Shown: one piece after another, positions 40,025 through 50,733 of the stretch
How positions within the stretch are numbered: position 1 is the stretch's first letter
Layout of the letters: every line of letters begins with the position of its first letter
Source: Myxococcota bacterium
GTDB lineage: Bacteria > Myxococcota_A > UBA796 > GCA-2862545
Direction: 5' to 3'
DNA length: 64,000 nucleotides
Assembly (NCBI GenBank): GCA_039208735.1
Contig: JBCCQY010000003.1
Coordinates: forward strand, 64,001-128,000
Notes under the pieces: generated by a model
The model's database searches: none
The model's input: only the letters and a program-made list of their open reading frames with translations
Told to the model about the DNA's origin: nothing
Translations under genes and position numbers: made by a program

Positions 40025-41456
40025 TGGGTTTTTGCGGTGGTCGCGAGCCTCGGCACCGACGCGTTCGGTCGACGAACGACTCAAGGATTCTCTTGAGTTT
40101 CGAGGCGCTCAATCGACCGAAGCCAGTCACGAACAGGCAGGGCGCTGCATGGACTGTGGCATCCCGTTCTGTCATCAGGGCTGTCCCCTCGGCAATGAAA
40201 TCCCCGACTTCAACGATGCGGTGCACCACGGACGTTGGCGTGCGGCGTGGGAACGGCTCTCGGGCACCAATGACTTTCCCGAATTCACGGGGCGCCTTTG
40301 CCCTGCGCCTTGCGAAGCGGCATGCACGCTCGCCATCAATGATGACGCTGTAGCCATCGAGCAGATCGAACTCGACATCGCGGAGCGGGCCTTCGCCGAA
40401 GGATGGGTGCAGCCCATTGAGCCCGCCGTCTCGACGGGCGCCACGGTGGCCATCGTAGGAAGCGGTCCGGCCGGGCTGGCGGCCGCGGCGAGGCTTCGGG
40501 CCGGTGGGCATCGGGTCACCGTGTTCGAGGCAGCGGACCGCATCGGGGGGCTGCTGAGGTACGGCATCCCCGATTTCAAGATGGAAAAGTCGGTTCTGGA
40601 CCGTCGCCTAGAGGTGATGGAGGCGTCCGGCATCGACTTTCGCACCGGGGTGCGCATCGGCGTCGATCGAGGCTACGAGGCGCTGCACCAGGAATACGAC
40701 GCCGTCCTGTTGGCCATGGGCTCCACACGCCCTCGTGATCTGCCGATCGAAGGCCGAACCTTGGCTGGGGTCACCTTCGCCATGGACTTCCTCACGCATC
40801 ACAACCGTCGGGTCGCCGGTCTAGAGGAGGCCCTTTCGGCCCTGTCCGCTCGCGACAAGCGAGTCGTCATCCTTGGGGGTGGCGACACGGGCTCTGACTG
40901 TCTCGGGACGTCGTTGCGCGACGGGGCTCGCGAGGTAGTGCAGATCGAGTTGATGCCGCGACGTCCCCACACCCGCTCCGACGACAATCCGTGGCCGCAC
41001 TGGCCGATGATCCACCGCACTTCGTCGAGCCAACAGGAAGGTGGTGTTCGCGAGTTTGCCGTGCGGACCCAACGGTTTGTGGGTACCGATGGCCAGGTCA
41101 CCGCGATCGAAGCGGTGAGGTTGGTCGCCGATGGGGAGGGCCGGCTGGTTCCGGTGCCCGCCAGCACGTTTACGATCGAGGCAGAGCTGGTCTTGCTGGC
41201 CGTCGGGTTTGTAGGGCCAGATCCCCAGGGCCTGAAGAACTTTGGCGTGGAACTCGATGCCCGAGGCAATGTCGCGGCGAAGGGCTACCGAACGTCGGTG
41301 CCTCGGGTCTACGCGGCCGGAGATGCGCGACGAGGCCAAAGCCTTATCGTTTGGGCGATGGCGGAAGGTCGTGAGGCGGCTCGGGCCATCGATGCAGACC
41401 TTCGGGGGCAAGACAGCGCGTTGCCGACCCGGGGGGCGGACGCTGCGTTTGTGTGA
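40011..41456 (+). CDS. gltD: glutamate synthase small subunit
   Basis: RCMDCGIPFC, GSGPAG, GGGDTGSDC, RRGQSLIVWA. Confidence 0.98.
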   Translation: MGRDDGFLRWSRASAPTRSVDERLKDSLEFRGAQSTEASHEQAGRCMDCGIPFCHQGCPLGNEIPDFNDAVHHGRWRAAWERLSGTNDFPEFTGRLCPAPCEAACTLAINDDAVAIEQIELDIAERAFAEGWVQPIEPAVSTGATVAIVGSGPAGLAAAARLRAGGHRVTVFEAADRIGGLLRYGIPDFKMEKSVLDRRLEVMEASGIDFRTGVRIGVDRGYEALHQEYDAVLLAMGSTRPRDLPIEGRTLAGVTFAMDFLTHHNRRVAGLEEALSALSARDKRVVILGGGDTGSDCLGTSLRDGAREVVQIELMPRRPHTRSDDNPWPHWPMIHRTSSSQQEGGVREFAVRTQRFVGTDGQVTAIEAVRLVADGEGRLVPVPASTFTIEAELVLLAVGFVGPDPQGLKNFGVELDARGNVAAKGYRTSVPRVYAAGDARRGQSLIVWAMAEGREAARAIDADLRGQDSALPTRGADAAFV

Positions 41457-41465
41457 GATCGGAGG

Positions 41466-42440
41466 CTAATCCACCGAAACCAGTGGGAAGAGCTGTAGAT
41501 TGGTGGCCACAAGCCGCTCCGATCGCTTCGAAGCGGTGGCGAGTCGACGGAGACGCTGGTAGGTCTCGGCGAGAATCGACCTCGCTGCTTCATAATCGTC
41601 GTCCGAGATGACGAACACGGCGAAGCTGAACATGCCCTCAGCGTCTCCCTGGCGTACCCGGTCGGTTCCCAGTTCGGAGACGCGTGCCTTGAGCCCCGAA
41701 CCGACGCGCGAAGCTCTGGCTTCGACGGGGGCTACGCTGGTTACGACGTAGCCATCGCCTCGTCGCGCAAGCTGGCCCGATTCCGCCAATAGCTTGATTG
41801 CGTGCTCGACATCGTCAAGGGGCATGCCAAGCTGTGAGGCGAGCCATGGCGCAACCGGGGGGCGGTCGCGGGTGTGGACCCAGAGTTCGACACCAAGCTT
41901 TACGAGCTGGGCGGCTGGATATTCGGCCAAGGCCTTTCGGGCGGCTTCGAGTTGGACCCAACGTCGCGTGAGGCTCGGAAGTTTGGCAGGATCGACCCAG
42001 CACGCGGCAAAATCGGCGAGTCGGAATGTCGTGGCCTGAATGAAGCGCAGCAGGTCGGGCAGCCGTGGCGCCGATTCGCCCCGCAGCCACCGGACCGCAG
42101 CGTGCCGGGTGAATCCGCTGTCCCTGCACAATGCCGTCAACGATCCCGCACGATGCAACAGCCCCAGCAGTTTGCCGAGGTTCGCTTTGTCGGTCGGGTC
42201 GAATTGATCGTCAAGCCAGGGCGGAGCTTGACCTCCGAGGAAGGAGCGCCACGCCTCCACAGGCGAAACCCCCACCCGGCCCGCCACCCGGTGAAACTCG
42301 ATGGCCGAGGGGTAACGGTGCCCGTTCTCCCAGGTGTGAGCTACGTTACTTCGCCGTCCGAGTAGCCGTCGAAAGGCTTCCTGGGACCGATTCCCGCGGA
42401 GAGCCCGAAGTAAGTCAGAAGCGGTTCTTTCAGCGTTCAC
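41466..42440 (-). CDS. double HTH plus DUF4423-like protein
   Basis: LRALRGNRSQ...TWENG HTH, second RWLRG HTH, C-terminal NLQLFPL. Confidence 0.75.
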   Translation of the reverse strand: MNAERTASDLLRALRGNRSQEAFRRLLGRRSNVAHTWENGHRYPSAIEFHRVAGRVGVSPVEAWRSFLGGQAPPWLDDQFDPTDKANLGKLLGLLHRAGSLTALCRDSGFTRHAAVRWLRGESAPRLPDLLRFIQATTFRLADFAACWVDPAKLPSLTRRWVQLEAARKALAEYPAAQLVKLGVELWVHTRDRPPVAPWLASQLGMPLDDVEHAIKLLAESGQLARRGDGYVVTSVAPVEARASRVGSGLKARVSELGTDRVRQGDAEGMFSFAVFVISDDDYEAARSILAETYQRLRRLATASKRSERLVATNLQLFPLVSVD

Positions 42441-42565
42441 TCCCGCAGTTTAGCACAAGCCGAGCGGAATGGCAGGATAGTACGTGCATTTCTGATTGCG
42501 GAGTCGACGAGCGGGGCAGTAGAGTGGTTCACGGAGCGAGCGTGATGCACCCCATCGGAGAACGC

Positions 42566-43234
42566 ATGAAGCTTCCCATCCTTGTGACGTTGGTTTCAGG
42601 ATGCTCGGGTTGGGTCGGGGATATCGGCTTTCTGGAGTGCCCTGAAGTCCCCTTGGGGGACGTCATGCTTGATGAGACGTTGCCGACCCTTCAGCGTTCG
42701 GTGAGGGACCTTCCCGTGTTCGCGGCTTCGCCCTTGCGCACCCGGATTGCCTACGCAGACGGCCGAACCACGGGCGTGTCGGTGCGTGTTGAACCGCTCA
42801 GCGCCACGGTCCAGACGCGATCAGCGGATGAACTCGCCTTCGCCGAGGGGGGCGAATCGTGCCACGAAGTGGTGACGCAGTACCGCATCGAGGCGTTCAC
42901 CGATGATGGGGCCTTCTCGTGGTCGAACACCAACCTGGTTTCGCTTGTGTCGGAAGAAGACGCCGAGCAACTCTTGGTGTCGGTTCCCTTCCACGCCAAC
43001 CTCGGAGACCACATCCTTGAGGTCAACGACTGGACGAAGGCGTTCCTCGAGGCGCATCCCGAGGTGGCTCCCGAGTCGGTGAAGCCATTGGTGTACGAAC
43101 TCGCGCTTGACCTTTCCGAGCCGATTCTGAGCGGCTCGCTCACTCTCATCACGACCCACGACCCTGTGTCGCAAGAGCGTGATGGGCGCATCCTCGTCAG
43201 CACTTCCACCGAGTGGAGTGTCGCCACTTTCTGA
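42566..43234 (+). CDS. lipoprotein, unknown function
   Basis: GGAG RBS, VSGC lipobox. Confidence 0.7.
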   Translation: MKLPILVTLVSGCSGWVGDIGFLECPEVPLGDVMLDETLPTLQRSVRDLPVFAASPLRTRIAYADGRTTGVSVRVEPLSATVQTRSADELAFAEGGESCHEVVTQYRIEAFTDDGAFSWSNTNLVSLVSEEDAEQLLVSVPFHANLGDHILEVNDWTKAFLEAHPEVAPESVKPLVYELALDLSEPILSGSLTLITTHDPVSQERDGRILVSTSTEWSVATF

Positions 43235-43254
43235 CCCTCGACCCTGGAGTCGTC

Positions 43255-44691
43255 GTGTCGTATTCGAAAGCCTTGAACCACCCGCTCTGGGTGGGGGGCC
43301 TCGTTTTGCTCATCGCCAATGACCATTTCTTTAAGGGGGCCGGGTTCCTGCCCGGAGTGGTCACCGGCAAACTGTCCGATGTTGCGGGGTTGATCGTCGC
43401 CCCAACCCTGCTCGCGATGCTGCTTGGCCCGCAACGCGTTCGTCGCGCATTCGCTCACCTTGCCGTAGGATTAATGTTTGCCGCCTTGCAGGTGGTACCG
43501 GCCTTTGCCCAGCTCTGGGATGCGGCCCTTGCGTCCGTCGGGATTCCATTCACGACGGTCTCGGATCCCACCGACCTGATCGCACTTCCTGCTCTGGCCC
43601 TGTCGTGGTGGGCGCTCACGCCAAGCGTGGACGCACCGGTACGGCCGATGCGGCTTGGGTTGTTGCAGGGCACCGGACTCCTCGCGTGCATCGCGACGAG
43701 CCCTCGGGATCGCGAACCGCGGGGTCCATTTGTGACGGAGGTGGAACTGCAGTACCAGGTCGCCCTTCTCAACGACACCGACGCGGTGCAGAACGTCCTG
43801 GTGCGTCAGTTGCGGGGCGACGTCGTGGTGGACTGTGATGCATTGGACGGCCTGACGCCGGGTTCGGTCCTCGTCAGCGAGGTGTTCGACACCGCAGTAC
43901 TTTGGGAATTGGAGCCCAACCGTGCGATTGCGGCACTGGAAAACGTCGAAGAACGTACGTGCCATGCGGTGCTCGTCGATGGCCCGAATGTTGAGCCTCA
44001 TGTGCTGTACTGGCGGTCCCGCAACCCCATTTTTAACGTTCCCATCGCAGGAGATCCCGAGGTGGTCTCCTTGTCTACGTTCGATGACCAGGGCCGAGGG
44101 CTGATTTCGGTCTGGGCCCCGGAACTCGATGGCGAATGCCCCTCGCCATCGGCCCTCGATCGTCTCGATTGGGCGGTTCCCGAGCGTGCGAAATTCACGG
44201 TCCTCGAAGTGGTGCCTGGTCTAGACGGTTGCCTGGCGGTCGAAACGGATTTGCTAAGCGATTCCACCTTGTACGTGTGCATGCCACAGGAACTCTTCCC
44301 CTTTACGACAGGCGACGACGTTGCACTCGACGCATCCAGCGTTCAGCTCTCGCTCACGAGCGATACCTACCAGCTCGATTTGATCCACATGACCGAACGC
44401 ACCTCGCTGCTGAACTTCACGATCGAGCCCGTGAATGTGGAGGGGTGTGGCTGGCGGGTCGAGCCCGAGTGCGGGCATGTAACGGCCGATGCCGGGATCC
44501 GACTGCAAACGCTCGACGATGGGTCCGCTGTCGTGCGTGCGGGTGAGTTGTACGAAATGTCGTCGAGCGACGACCGAACGATCGCAATGTTGGTCACGCG
44601 AGGCGAGCAACGCGCGGTTTCAGTGGTTGACTGTGGCCGCTTCACGGATCGTTTTGACGTCGACGTCGCGGTCCTCACCAGGGAGCCTTGA
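43255..44691 (+). CDS. membrane protein with Cys-rich extracytoplasmic domain
   Basis: NDHFFK...TGKLSDVAGL...DPTDL TM module, internal LLAC. Confidence 0.75.
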   Translation: MSYSKALNHPLWVGGLVLLIANDHFFKGAGFLPGVVTGKLSDVAGLIVAPTLLAMLLGPQRVRRAFAHLAVGLMFAALQVVPAFAQLWDAALASVGIPFTTVSDPTDLIALPALALSWWALTPSVDAPVRPMRLGLLQGTGLLACIATSPRDREPRGPFVTEVELQYQVALLNDTDAVQNVLVRQLRGDVVVDCDALDGLTPGSVLVSEVFDTAVLWELEPNRAIAALENVEERTCHAVLVDGPNVEPHVLYWRSRNPIFNVPIAGDPEVVSLSTFDDQGRGLISVWAPELDGECPSPSALDRLDWAVPERAKFTVLEVVPGLDGCLAVETDLLSDSTLYVCMPQELFPFTTGDDVALDASSVQLSLTSDTYQLDLIHMTERTSLLNFTIEPVNVEGCGWRVEPECGHVTADAGIRLQTLDDGSAVVRAGELYEMSSSDDRTIAMLVTRGEQRAVSVVDCGRFTDRFDVDVAVLTREP

Positions 44692-46199
44692 TCATGTGGT
44701 TGCGCACGCAAGTGTTGTTGTCGCTCTTTGCCTGTGGGGGCGAGTTCGGGGAGCCGGGCTTGAGCGAGTCGAGTACTCCGGTGTCGGGCGTAGGGCAGGG
44801 GGGAGCCCAAGACTTTGGTCAGTTTAGGCAGATCCTGGATGAGGGCGGCATTCCGGGTCCGGAAACGCTCGACGACGTGGGCTTCTTTGCCGAGCATCGG
44901 TTCGAGTTTCCGGATCCCGATTGTGGCGACGAGATCTGCATCCATGGTCGCTACGGCGCGATGGGCAACATGATCGATGGTTCGATCTGCACCGTCGTGC
45001 TGCTCGGCATGAACACGACCCAAACGCTTGAGACCGTCGAACGTCCGGGCATGAACCTCACCGTGATTGTGGACAAGAGCGGCAGCATGTCGGGCTCACC
45101 GATCGCGGAGGTCCGAGCTGGTCTTACCGCCATGCAGAACGTACTGCAGCCCGACGACCTCGTGACGCTTGTCGCGTTTGGTAGCGATGTGGAGGTCTTG
45201 GTCCAGCAGGCACCGCCGGGTGCACTGCTCCAAGGGGCCATCGCTCAAGTCCAGGCTAGTGGGTCGACCGATCTTTACGAGGGGCTGCGAATTGGTCTCG
45301 AAAACGCCGCTGAGGTCGCTACCCCGGACCGTCAGTCCCGCGTGTTGCTGCTGTCAGACGGTCAGCCGACCGAAGGCATCCAAGACACGGCCCGCATGTT
45401 GGGGCTTGCCGAGGCCTACCAAGACCTTGGGATCTCGTTGTCGACGATTGGGCTCGGCAACAGCTTCGATGCGCCCCTCCTGCGTGACCTAGCCGAAGAG
45501 GGGGCGGGGGCGTTCTATTTCGTCGAAGACGAAACGGCGTTGACCGAGGTGTTCGTCGAGGAGGCCAGTGTGTTTTTGGTTCCGCTCGCCGAGGATGCCC
45601 AGATCGAATTGTCGGTCAACTCGAATTGGGACGTGCGCGGCGTCTTCGGCACGAAGCTCTTTGATTTCCGAAGCGACCGTGCAGACATCGAGGTGCCCCG
45701 GCTTCAACTTGCGGGTCGGACGGATGCGCCAGACACCGCTCCACAGGGTCGACGTGGCGGAGGCGGCGGCATCGTGGTTGAGCTGCTGCCACAAGGCGAC
45801 GGAGTGTTGGAAGGCGATGTTGGAACCATCGATCTAAGCTACCGGATCCCCGGCACCGAAGACATCGTCACCCAGCAAGTCACGGTGGAAGGACCCGAGC
45901 AGTTCCGAGATGGCGACCGCTGGTTCTTCGACCCGAGTGTGGAAAAGAGCTTCGTGACCCTCAACCTTTACGTGGCCTTCCAACAGGCCGCCGAGGCGGC
46001 ATCACGCGGGGACGATGGGGCCGCTCTAGGCGTGCTCAACGCGGTCGCGGTCAACGTCGCAGAGTGGCTGCAAAGCAATAGCGATTCCGACATTCTCGAC
46101 GATCTCGTCTATGTGGATCGTTTCCGTGAGAATCTACTGGCCCGCACCCCGGAGCCGCAGCTTCCGCCGGAGCCCAACCCTCCGTGGCCGCAAGACTAA
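44688..46199 (+). CDS. VWA domain lipoprotein (YfbK-like)
   Basis: LFAC lipobox, DKSGSM MIDAS, LLSDG. Confidence 0.88.
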   Translation: MIMWLRTQVLLSLFACGGEFGEPGLSESSTPVSGVGQGGAQDFGQFRQILDEGGIPGPETLDDVGFFAEHRFEFPDPDCGDEICIHGRYGAMGNMIDGSICTVVLLGMNTTQTLETVERPGMNLTVIVDKSGSMSGSPIAEVRAGLTAMQNVLQPDDLVTLVAFGSDVEVLVQQAPPGALLQGAIAQVQASGSTDLYEGLRIGLENAAEVATPDRQSRVLLLSDGQPTEGIQDTARMLGLAEAYQDLGISLSTIGLGNSFDAPLLRDLAEEGAGAFYFVEDETALTEVFVEEASVFLVPLAEDAQIELSVNSNWDVRGVFGTKLFDFRSDRADIEVPRLQLAGRTDAPDTAPQGRRGGGGGIVVELLPQGDGVLEGDVGTIDLSYRIPGTEDIVTQQVTVEGPEQFRDGDRWFFDPSVEKSFVTLNLYVAFQQAAEAASRGDDGAALGVLNAVAVNVAEWLQSNSDSDILDDLVYVDRFRENLLARTPEPQLPPEPNPPWPQD

Positions 46200-46276
46200 C
46201 CAGCTTGCAGGAGCGTAAGCGACGAAAGCTGGGCCGCGTAGGCCAGCAGGGGCGCAGCGCCGAAGGCCAGCGCTCA

Positions 46277-47119
46277 TCAGATTTTGCGGTGCGCGAAGGC
46301 CCACAGACTCCCAAAGAGCAGGGCTATCGTCGCATAGAGCTGGGGAGCCCGTTGCAGGGCCCCCTGCTCGGCCGCGGGAAAGGCGACGGCGAGCACCGCG
46401 AGTGCAGCCGGCAGGTTTTGAACACCGGTTTCAAGCCCGATGGCGAGCCACTGTGGCCGGTCGAAACCCAAGCTCCACCCAGCCATGCTCCCGAGCAACA
46501 ACCCGCCTCCCGACACCCCCGCACAGGCCATGAACAAGGCAGCGGGTGCGGTTTGAATCGAAGCGAATACGTCGGCCGCGCCGGCCGCCAAAATCACGAC
46601 CAACAGACCGAGCCCCGCCAGCCGACCCGTTCGGTCGACGCCATTCGCAAGTTCGGGGCTCCGAGCGCGAAGGGCCATGCCCAAGGGAACGGGCACGGCC
46701 ATCATCGCGAGCGTGAGGGCGATGGCGTTCAACGGTACGGCGATTCCACGGTTCATCAGGAGGAACAGCCAAGCTGGGGTGAGCATGGCCGACGCGATGG
46801 TTGCCGTGACGGTCATCGAAAGGCTCAACGCCAAATCGCCACGCACCAGGTAGGTCAGCATGTTGCTTGCGTTGCCGCCGCCCACCGTGACCATCAACAA
46901 AAGGCCGAGGGTGTCCGACGGCCCGAGTTGCAAGCCGCTGGCCACGCCGAAGCCCAACGCGGGGAGCACCAGAAACTGGCTGGCTAGACCCACCCCAAGC
47001 GCCTGGGGTCGAGCGAGCACCCGCCAAAACACGGCGGGCTTAAGCGAGGCGCCTATTCCGAACATCAACAACACGGTGAGCACACCGTAGAGCACCTGCT
47101 GCCAGACGGGGAGAGCCAC
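46277..47119 (-). CDS. bile acid:sodium symporter family transporter
   Basis: MFGIG, SQF..P, GGNASN, GDLALS, ETGVQN. Confidence 0.92.
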   Translation of the reverse strand: MALPVWQQVLYGVLTVLLMFGIGASLKPAVFWRVLARPQALGVGLASQFLVLPALGFGVASGLQLGPSDTLGLLLMVTVGGGNASNMLTYLVRGDLALSLSMTVTATIASAMLTPAWLFLLMNRGIAVPLNAIALTLAMMAVPVPLGMALRARSPELANGVDRTGRLAGLGLLVVILAAGAADVFASIQTAPAALFMACAGVSGGGLLLGSMAGWSLGFDRPQWLAIGLETGVQNLPAALAVLAVAFPAAEQGALQRAPQLYATIALLFGSLWAFAHRKI

Positions 47120-47784
47120 TACTTTTCGTAGTCTTCGTACGGTTCGTCCGCGAGGAACGCCCCGAGATCGGCATACACGTCGGTGATGGTCTGGGTGATG
47201 GTGTCGGTGCCCGACAAGGGGGCTCTCAAGTGCTCGATGTATTGCCAGGCCACCTTGTCACCCGCCTCTCCATCCACATCGATGAGTGCGATCGACCCTT
47301 CGAAGTAGGGGAACAGCGTTTGACCTTTGAGCATGCCGTAGGTGCACAGAATGACGGCGGGCTCCTCGGCCGTGCCCACTACTGGGTCGCAGAGCCACAG
47401 CACCTCGTAGACGATGTCCGCAAGGTTGCTGCGCGCCGTATGCGTCATTTGCAGACTCCAGGTCGCGCTCGGGTCAGGGTCCTCTTGGATGTTCGAGAAC
47501 GTCGAGTTCCGAAAGTCTGCGGCGACCCGGGGTTCGAGTACGCCGTCGAGTACGTCGAGCATCGGCGCTTCCAGGTTCGCCTTGCCGTGACAGAAGTCGA
47601 AATCGAGGCCGTCCGGCAGTTCGTCTTGGCCGCACTCGAGAGAGAGCGGGCCCACTGGGTGGGCGTCGTCGCCTTCTGCGGGAATGTCGGGAGCGAGGTT
47701 CATGGGAACCGAGGTGGGAATTTCAGGCACGAAGTCCACAGGGGTTCCGCAAGCGAACATCCACAACACGATCGAGGCCGTCAT
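47119..47784 (-). CDS. lipoprotein, unknown function
   Basis: MFAC lipobox, GGAGG RBS, stop/start overlap. Confidence 0.7.
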   Translation of the reverse strand: MTASIVLWMFACGTPVDFVPEIPTSVPMNLAPDIPAEGDDAHPVGPLSLECGQDELPDGLDFDFCHGKANLEAPMLDVLDGVLEPRVAADFRNSTFSNIQEDPDPSATWSLQMTHTARSNLADIVYEVLWLCDPVVGTAEEPAVILCTYGMLKGQTLFPYFEGSIALIDVDGEAGDKVAWQYIEHLRAPLSGTDTITQTITDVYADLGAFLADEPYEDYEK

Positions 47785-47843
47785 GAGGCTTCCTCCGTCG
47801 GGGTCGGCCACCCTACCATCAAGCTTCGCTTGTTCGGGTCTGA

Positions 47844-49535
47844 TCACTCGACTTCATCGAAGCGGACGTTCACCATTCCACCCAGTGATCCATCGGAGCC
47901 CGGCAACGGCAAGGCACTGATCGTTCCACGCCAGCCGTCCACCCGAATCCGACCCAGTGACGGCGCGCGATCACCCTTGCCAATCGCCGCGACCACGCTC
48001 CCCGCGGCCAGACCCACGGTGCTTCCGGCGAGGGTTGAGATGACCAGCGGGTCTAGATTGTCTGGATTGTAGAGGAAGATGACACCCGTAAGCCCCCCTG
48101 CAGCGGCTCCGACGAGTCCCAGTCCATCAATGGCGCCGATGTCTTGCCACGTTGGCTTCCACCCCGCACCCAAGGCGATGCCTGACGTGAGGAGCAACCC
48201 ATTGCCTGCACCGAGTGTGGTGAGCCACTGGGCTTCTTGGTCAAGGTTGGCCAATGATGAGCCCCAGGCGCCGTACCATGTGCCCCAGCCCCCGGCTGAC
48301 AGCAGGGTCAGTGACCCGGACGGCTCAACATCGAGGACCGGAGTGAGGCCGAGGGTCACGAGTGAGCCCGCTCCTGCCGCGGTGAGCGCGTAACCCACGG
48401 GACGACGCGCCTCTGTGGTGGTGTAGTCGGCGTAGACGCCCCAGCCGATCGCCTGGTAGGTCGTCCACGCTCCGAGCGTGCCCAGCAGAATGCCATCGTC
48501 GGCGTCGAGGTTGTAGTGCGGCGCAAGTGCAGCACCGAGCACCTGGCCGCCGATCCCTGCCGCAAGCATGGGCCCGACGATGCGTCGCGCAGGGGCATCC
48601 TGGGATTCAAGGGCAAGCGGGAGCCCCGCTCCAAGGGCGCTGCCCGCAGCCCACCCCGCCACCTGCATGCCGGCCGAGCGGGCCGAAGGTTCGCCAAAGG
48701 ACGACATCAGTAGGGCGCTGCCGTAGCCCACGCCAAGGCCAAGCCGGACCCCTCCCAGCAACTGGCGCCGGCTTGGGTTTTCCTCGAACAGCAGCGGGGA
48801 CCACGCACCGATCCACGCGCCATGACCAAGCGACAAGGCCAGCGACGAGACGCCCGGTTCGGTCCCCGTTCGGTTGGCCAAGGTGCCTAGACCGCCGAAC
48901 AGCGCGGCCGAAGCGATGTTCACCGCCGCCCGAGGCCGAACGTCCCGCTCCGGACGACTCCGGGTCGGCTCGCCGAGGCGAGCAAGATCGTTGAGTCCTG
49001 TGGCCGTCAGCCAGCCAATGCTGGTGGCAAGGGAGAATCGGGCTTGGTCTTCGATCGATGAGGCTCGAGCGCCGAAAGCCGTGCCAAGACCCACTCCAAG
49101 CATCGATCCGGCCAAACCCGCCGCATGGATCCGTTCGATTCGACCTGGTGCGTCCGGGGCGATGAGGGCTCGCCCGACCTGCGTGCCGTAGAAGATTCCG
49201 TGACCGGCGGTCGTGTAAAGCAGGGCTTGCGATTCGTAGTCCCGCTCGGTGGCTCGTGACAAGACGAACGCGGTCGTCAAACCCACTGCTGCGCCACCGA
49301 GCAACCCCGGTGCGATGCCCTGGGTGGTGTGCGCTTGTTCGCTTTCCTCGACGGCTTCTCCGATTAGGAAGCCCGCTTCCGCACCCGCATACGCACCGTA
49401 TGTGGCCCCGAAACTAAGTAGGATCTCGCCGCCGCGTGTCTTCTTGGTACCTCGGTCGGAGACGACCGTGACCGTTTCGGGCTCGTCGTCCGAGACCGTC
49501 TGCGAAAATGCCAGGCTTGTAAGGGCTAACCACAT
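47844..49535 (-). CDS. Gly/Ala-rich multi-helix membrane or secreted protein
   Basis: signal peptide, repeated GxxxGxxxG hydrophobic helices. Confidence 0.7.
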   Translation of the reverse strand: MWLALTSLAFSQTVSDDEPETVTVVSDRGTKKTRGGEILLSFGATYGAYAGAEAGFLIGEAVEESEQAHTTQGIAPGLLGGAAVGLTTAFVLSRATERDYESQALLYTTAGHGIFYGTQVGRALIAPDAPGRIERIHAAGLAGSMLGVGLGTAFGARASSIEDQARFSLATSIGWLTATGLNDLARLGEPTRSRPERDVRPRAAVNIASAALFGGLGTLANRTGTEPGVSSLALSLGHGAWIGAWSPLLFEENPSRRQLLGGVRLGLGVGYGSALLMSSFGEPSARSAGMQVAGWAAGSALGAGLPLALESQDAPARRIVGPMLAAGIGGQVLGAALAPHYNLDADDGILLGTLGAWTTYQAIGWGVYADYTTTEARRPVGYALTAAGAGSLVTLGLTPVLDVEPSGSLTLLSAGGWGTWYGAWGSSLANLDQEAQWLTTLGAGNGLLLTSGIALGAGWKPTWQDIGAIDGLGLVGAAAGGLTGVIFLYNPDNLDPLVISTLAGSTVGLAAGSVVAAIGKGDRAPSLGRIRVDGWRGTISALPLPGSDGSLGGMVNVRFDEVE

Positions 49536-49824
49536 CGGGATCCTCTGTTTTGACCGCCGATGTGTTCACAAAATGTGCCAGGTGGAGCCTGGAAGAAAAG
49601 GAGTTTCGTTGGTTGGGTCTGTCGCCAGAGGGCGTCAGTGTGTCGTCGATCGACGACAAGTGCAAAGAGCAGGAAGCCTCCGACGCGGGTTGCGTGCGAG
49701 ATGATCAGGATTTGAACTGGCCAGTGGGCGGTCGCGAAACCGTGCTGCAACACGCCGCAACACAGCCCTCCATCCAGCAACCTGGTTTTTCGTGATGCTC
49801 CTCTCATCCAACGGAGGTCCTGTC

Positions 49825-50697
49825 ATGTTCAACCCACGCGCCGATCGCACCCTGGCCGTTCCTTCTGCCCAAACGCGTGTTCGTCAGCCTACGGTCGTCG
49901 AAGCGCGGGAGTTGGCTTGGGCCCGTCTCACGTTGCAGGAACTCGTGCCGGGGTCCTACCGGTTTCCCGCGCGCCCGACCTACCGACTCACGGTGCCGAT
50001 CGAGATTGATTGCCGTGTTTCGACGAAAGATTCGCCGGACTGCCCCCCGTGCGCGTTGCTGCCTAGCCAGTTGTTGCTGACGGGTCCGGGCGTGACCACC
50101 ACTCGCTCCTTTGATGGACCTGCGCGCTGCCTCGAAGTCGAGTTTGATGCGGATCGGATTGAAGCGGTCGCGAAGGCCCAGGAACCGAGCTTTTCGGGGT
50201 TCGGCCGCGGTTGGGGGGAGCCCTGGCGAGCCCAGGATGCGCGTGACGCCGTCCTTACGCTGTGGCGGCAAGCCCTTTCGGGACGCGCTTCGGAACAGGA
50301 CGTGCTCTCCACCATTGTAGCCGACCTGCTGAAAGCCCGGGAAGCGGACGAGATGGCGCATCGCCGGCGCGCGTTGTCGGGACCGGTGCGGCGTCGCGTG
50401 GTGGCTCACATCGAAGAGAACCTCCAATCCTCGCTCAAGCTCGCCGAGTTGGCCGAGGTTGCGAAACTCTCTCCGTTCCACTTTGCACGTGCATTTAGGC
50501 ACGACTTGGGCTTGCCCCCGCGGGCCTACGTTCTCGAACGGCGCCTCGCGCGGGCTCGGGAAGCCATTGAAACCACGCAGGATCGGCTCGATTCGATTTC
50601 GTACCGGGTCGGCTTTTCGAGTCAGCAACACATGACCGCTACGTTCCGGCAGCGTCATGGCATCACCCCAGGTGCGCTGCGGCGCCACGGGCACTGA
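49825..50697 (+). CDS. AraC family regulator
   Basis: LSPFHFARAF, VGFSSQQHMT. Confidence 0.9.
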   Translation: MFNPRADRTLAVPSAQTRVRQPTVVEARELAWARLTLQELVPGSYRFPARPTYRLTVPIEIDCRVSTKDSPDCPPCALLPSQLLLTGPGVTTTRSFDGPARCLEVEFDADRIEAVAKAQEPSFSGFGRGWGEPWRAQDARDAVLTLWRQALSGRASEQDVLSTIVADLLKAREADEMAHRRRALSGPVRRRVVAHIEENLQSSLKLAELAEVAKLSPFHFARAFRHDLGLPPRAYVLERRLARAREAIETTQDRLDSISYRVGFSSQQHMTATFRQRHGITPGALRRHGH

Positions 50698-50733
50698 GCC
50701 TGCAGCCTTTGCGCGACTCGCCGATGGCAGGGC

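Noticed and set aside
49550..49795. 81-aa ORF between divergent genes
   Set aside because: No motif or clear RBS; occupies the likely promoter region
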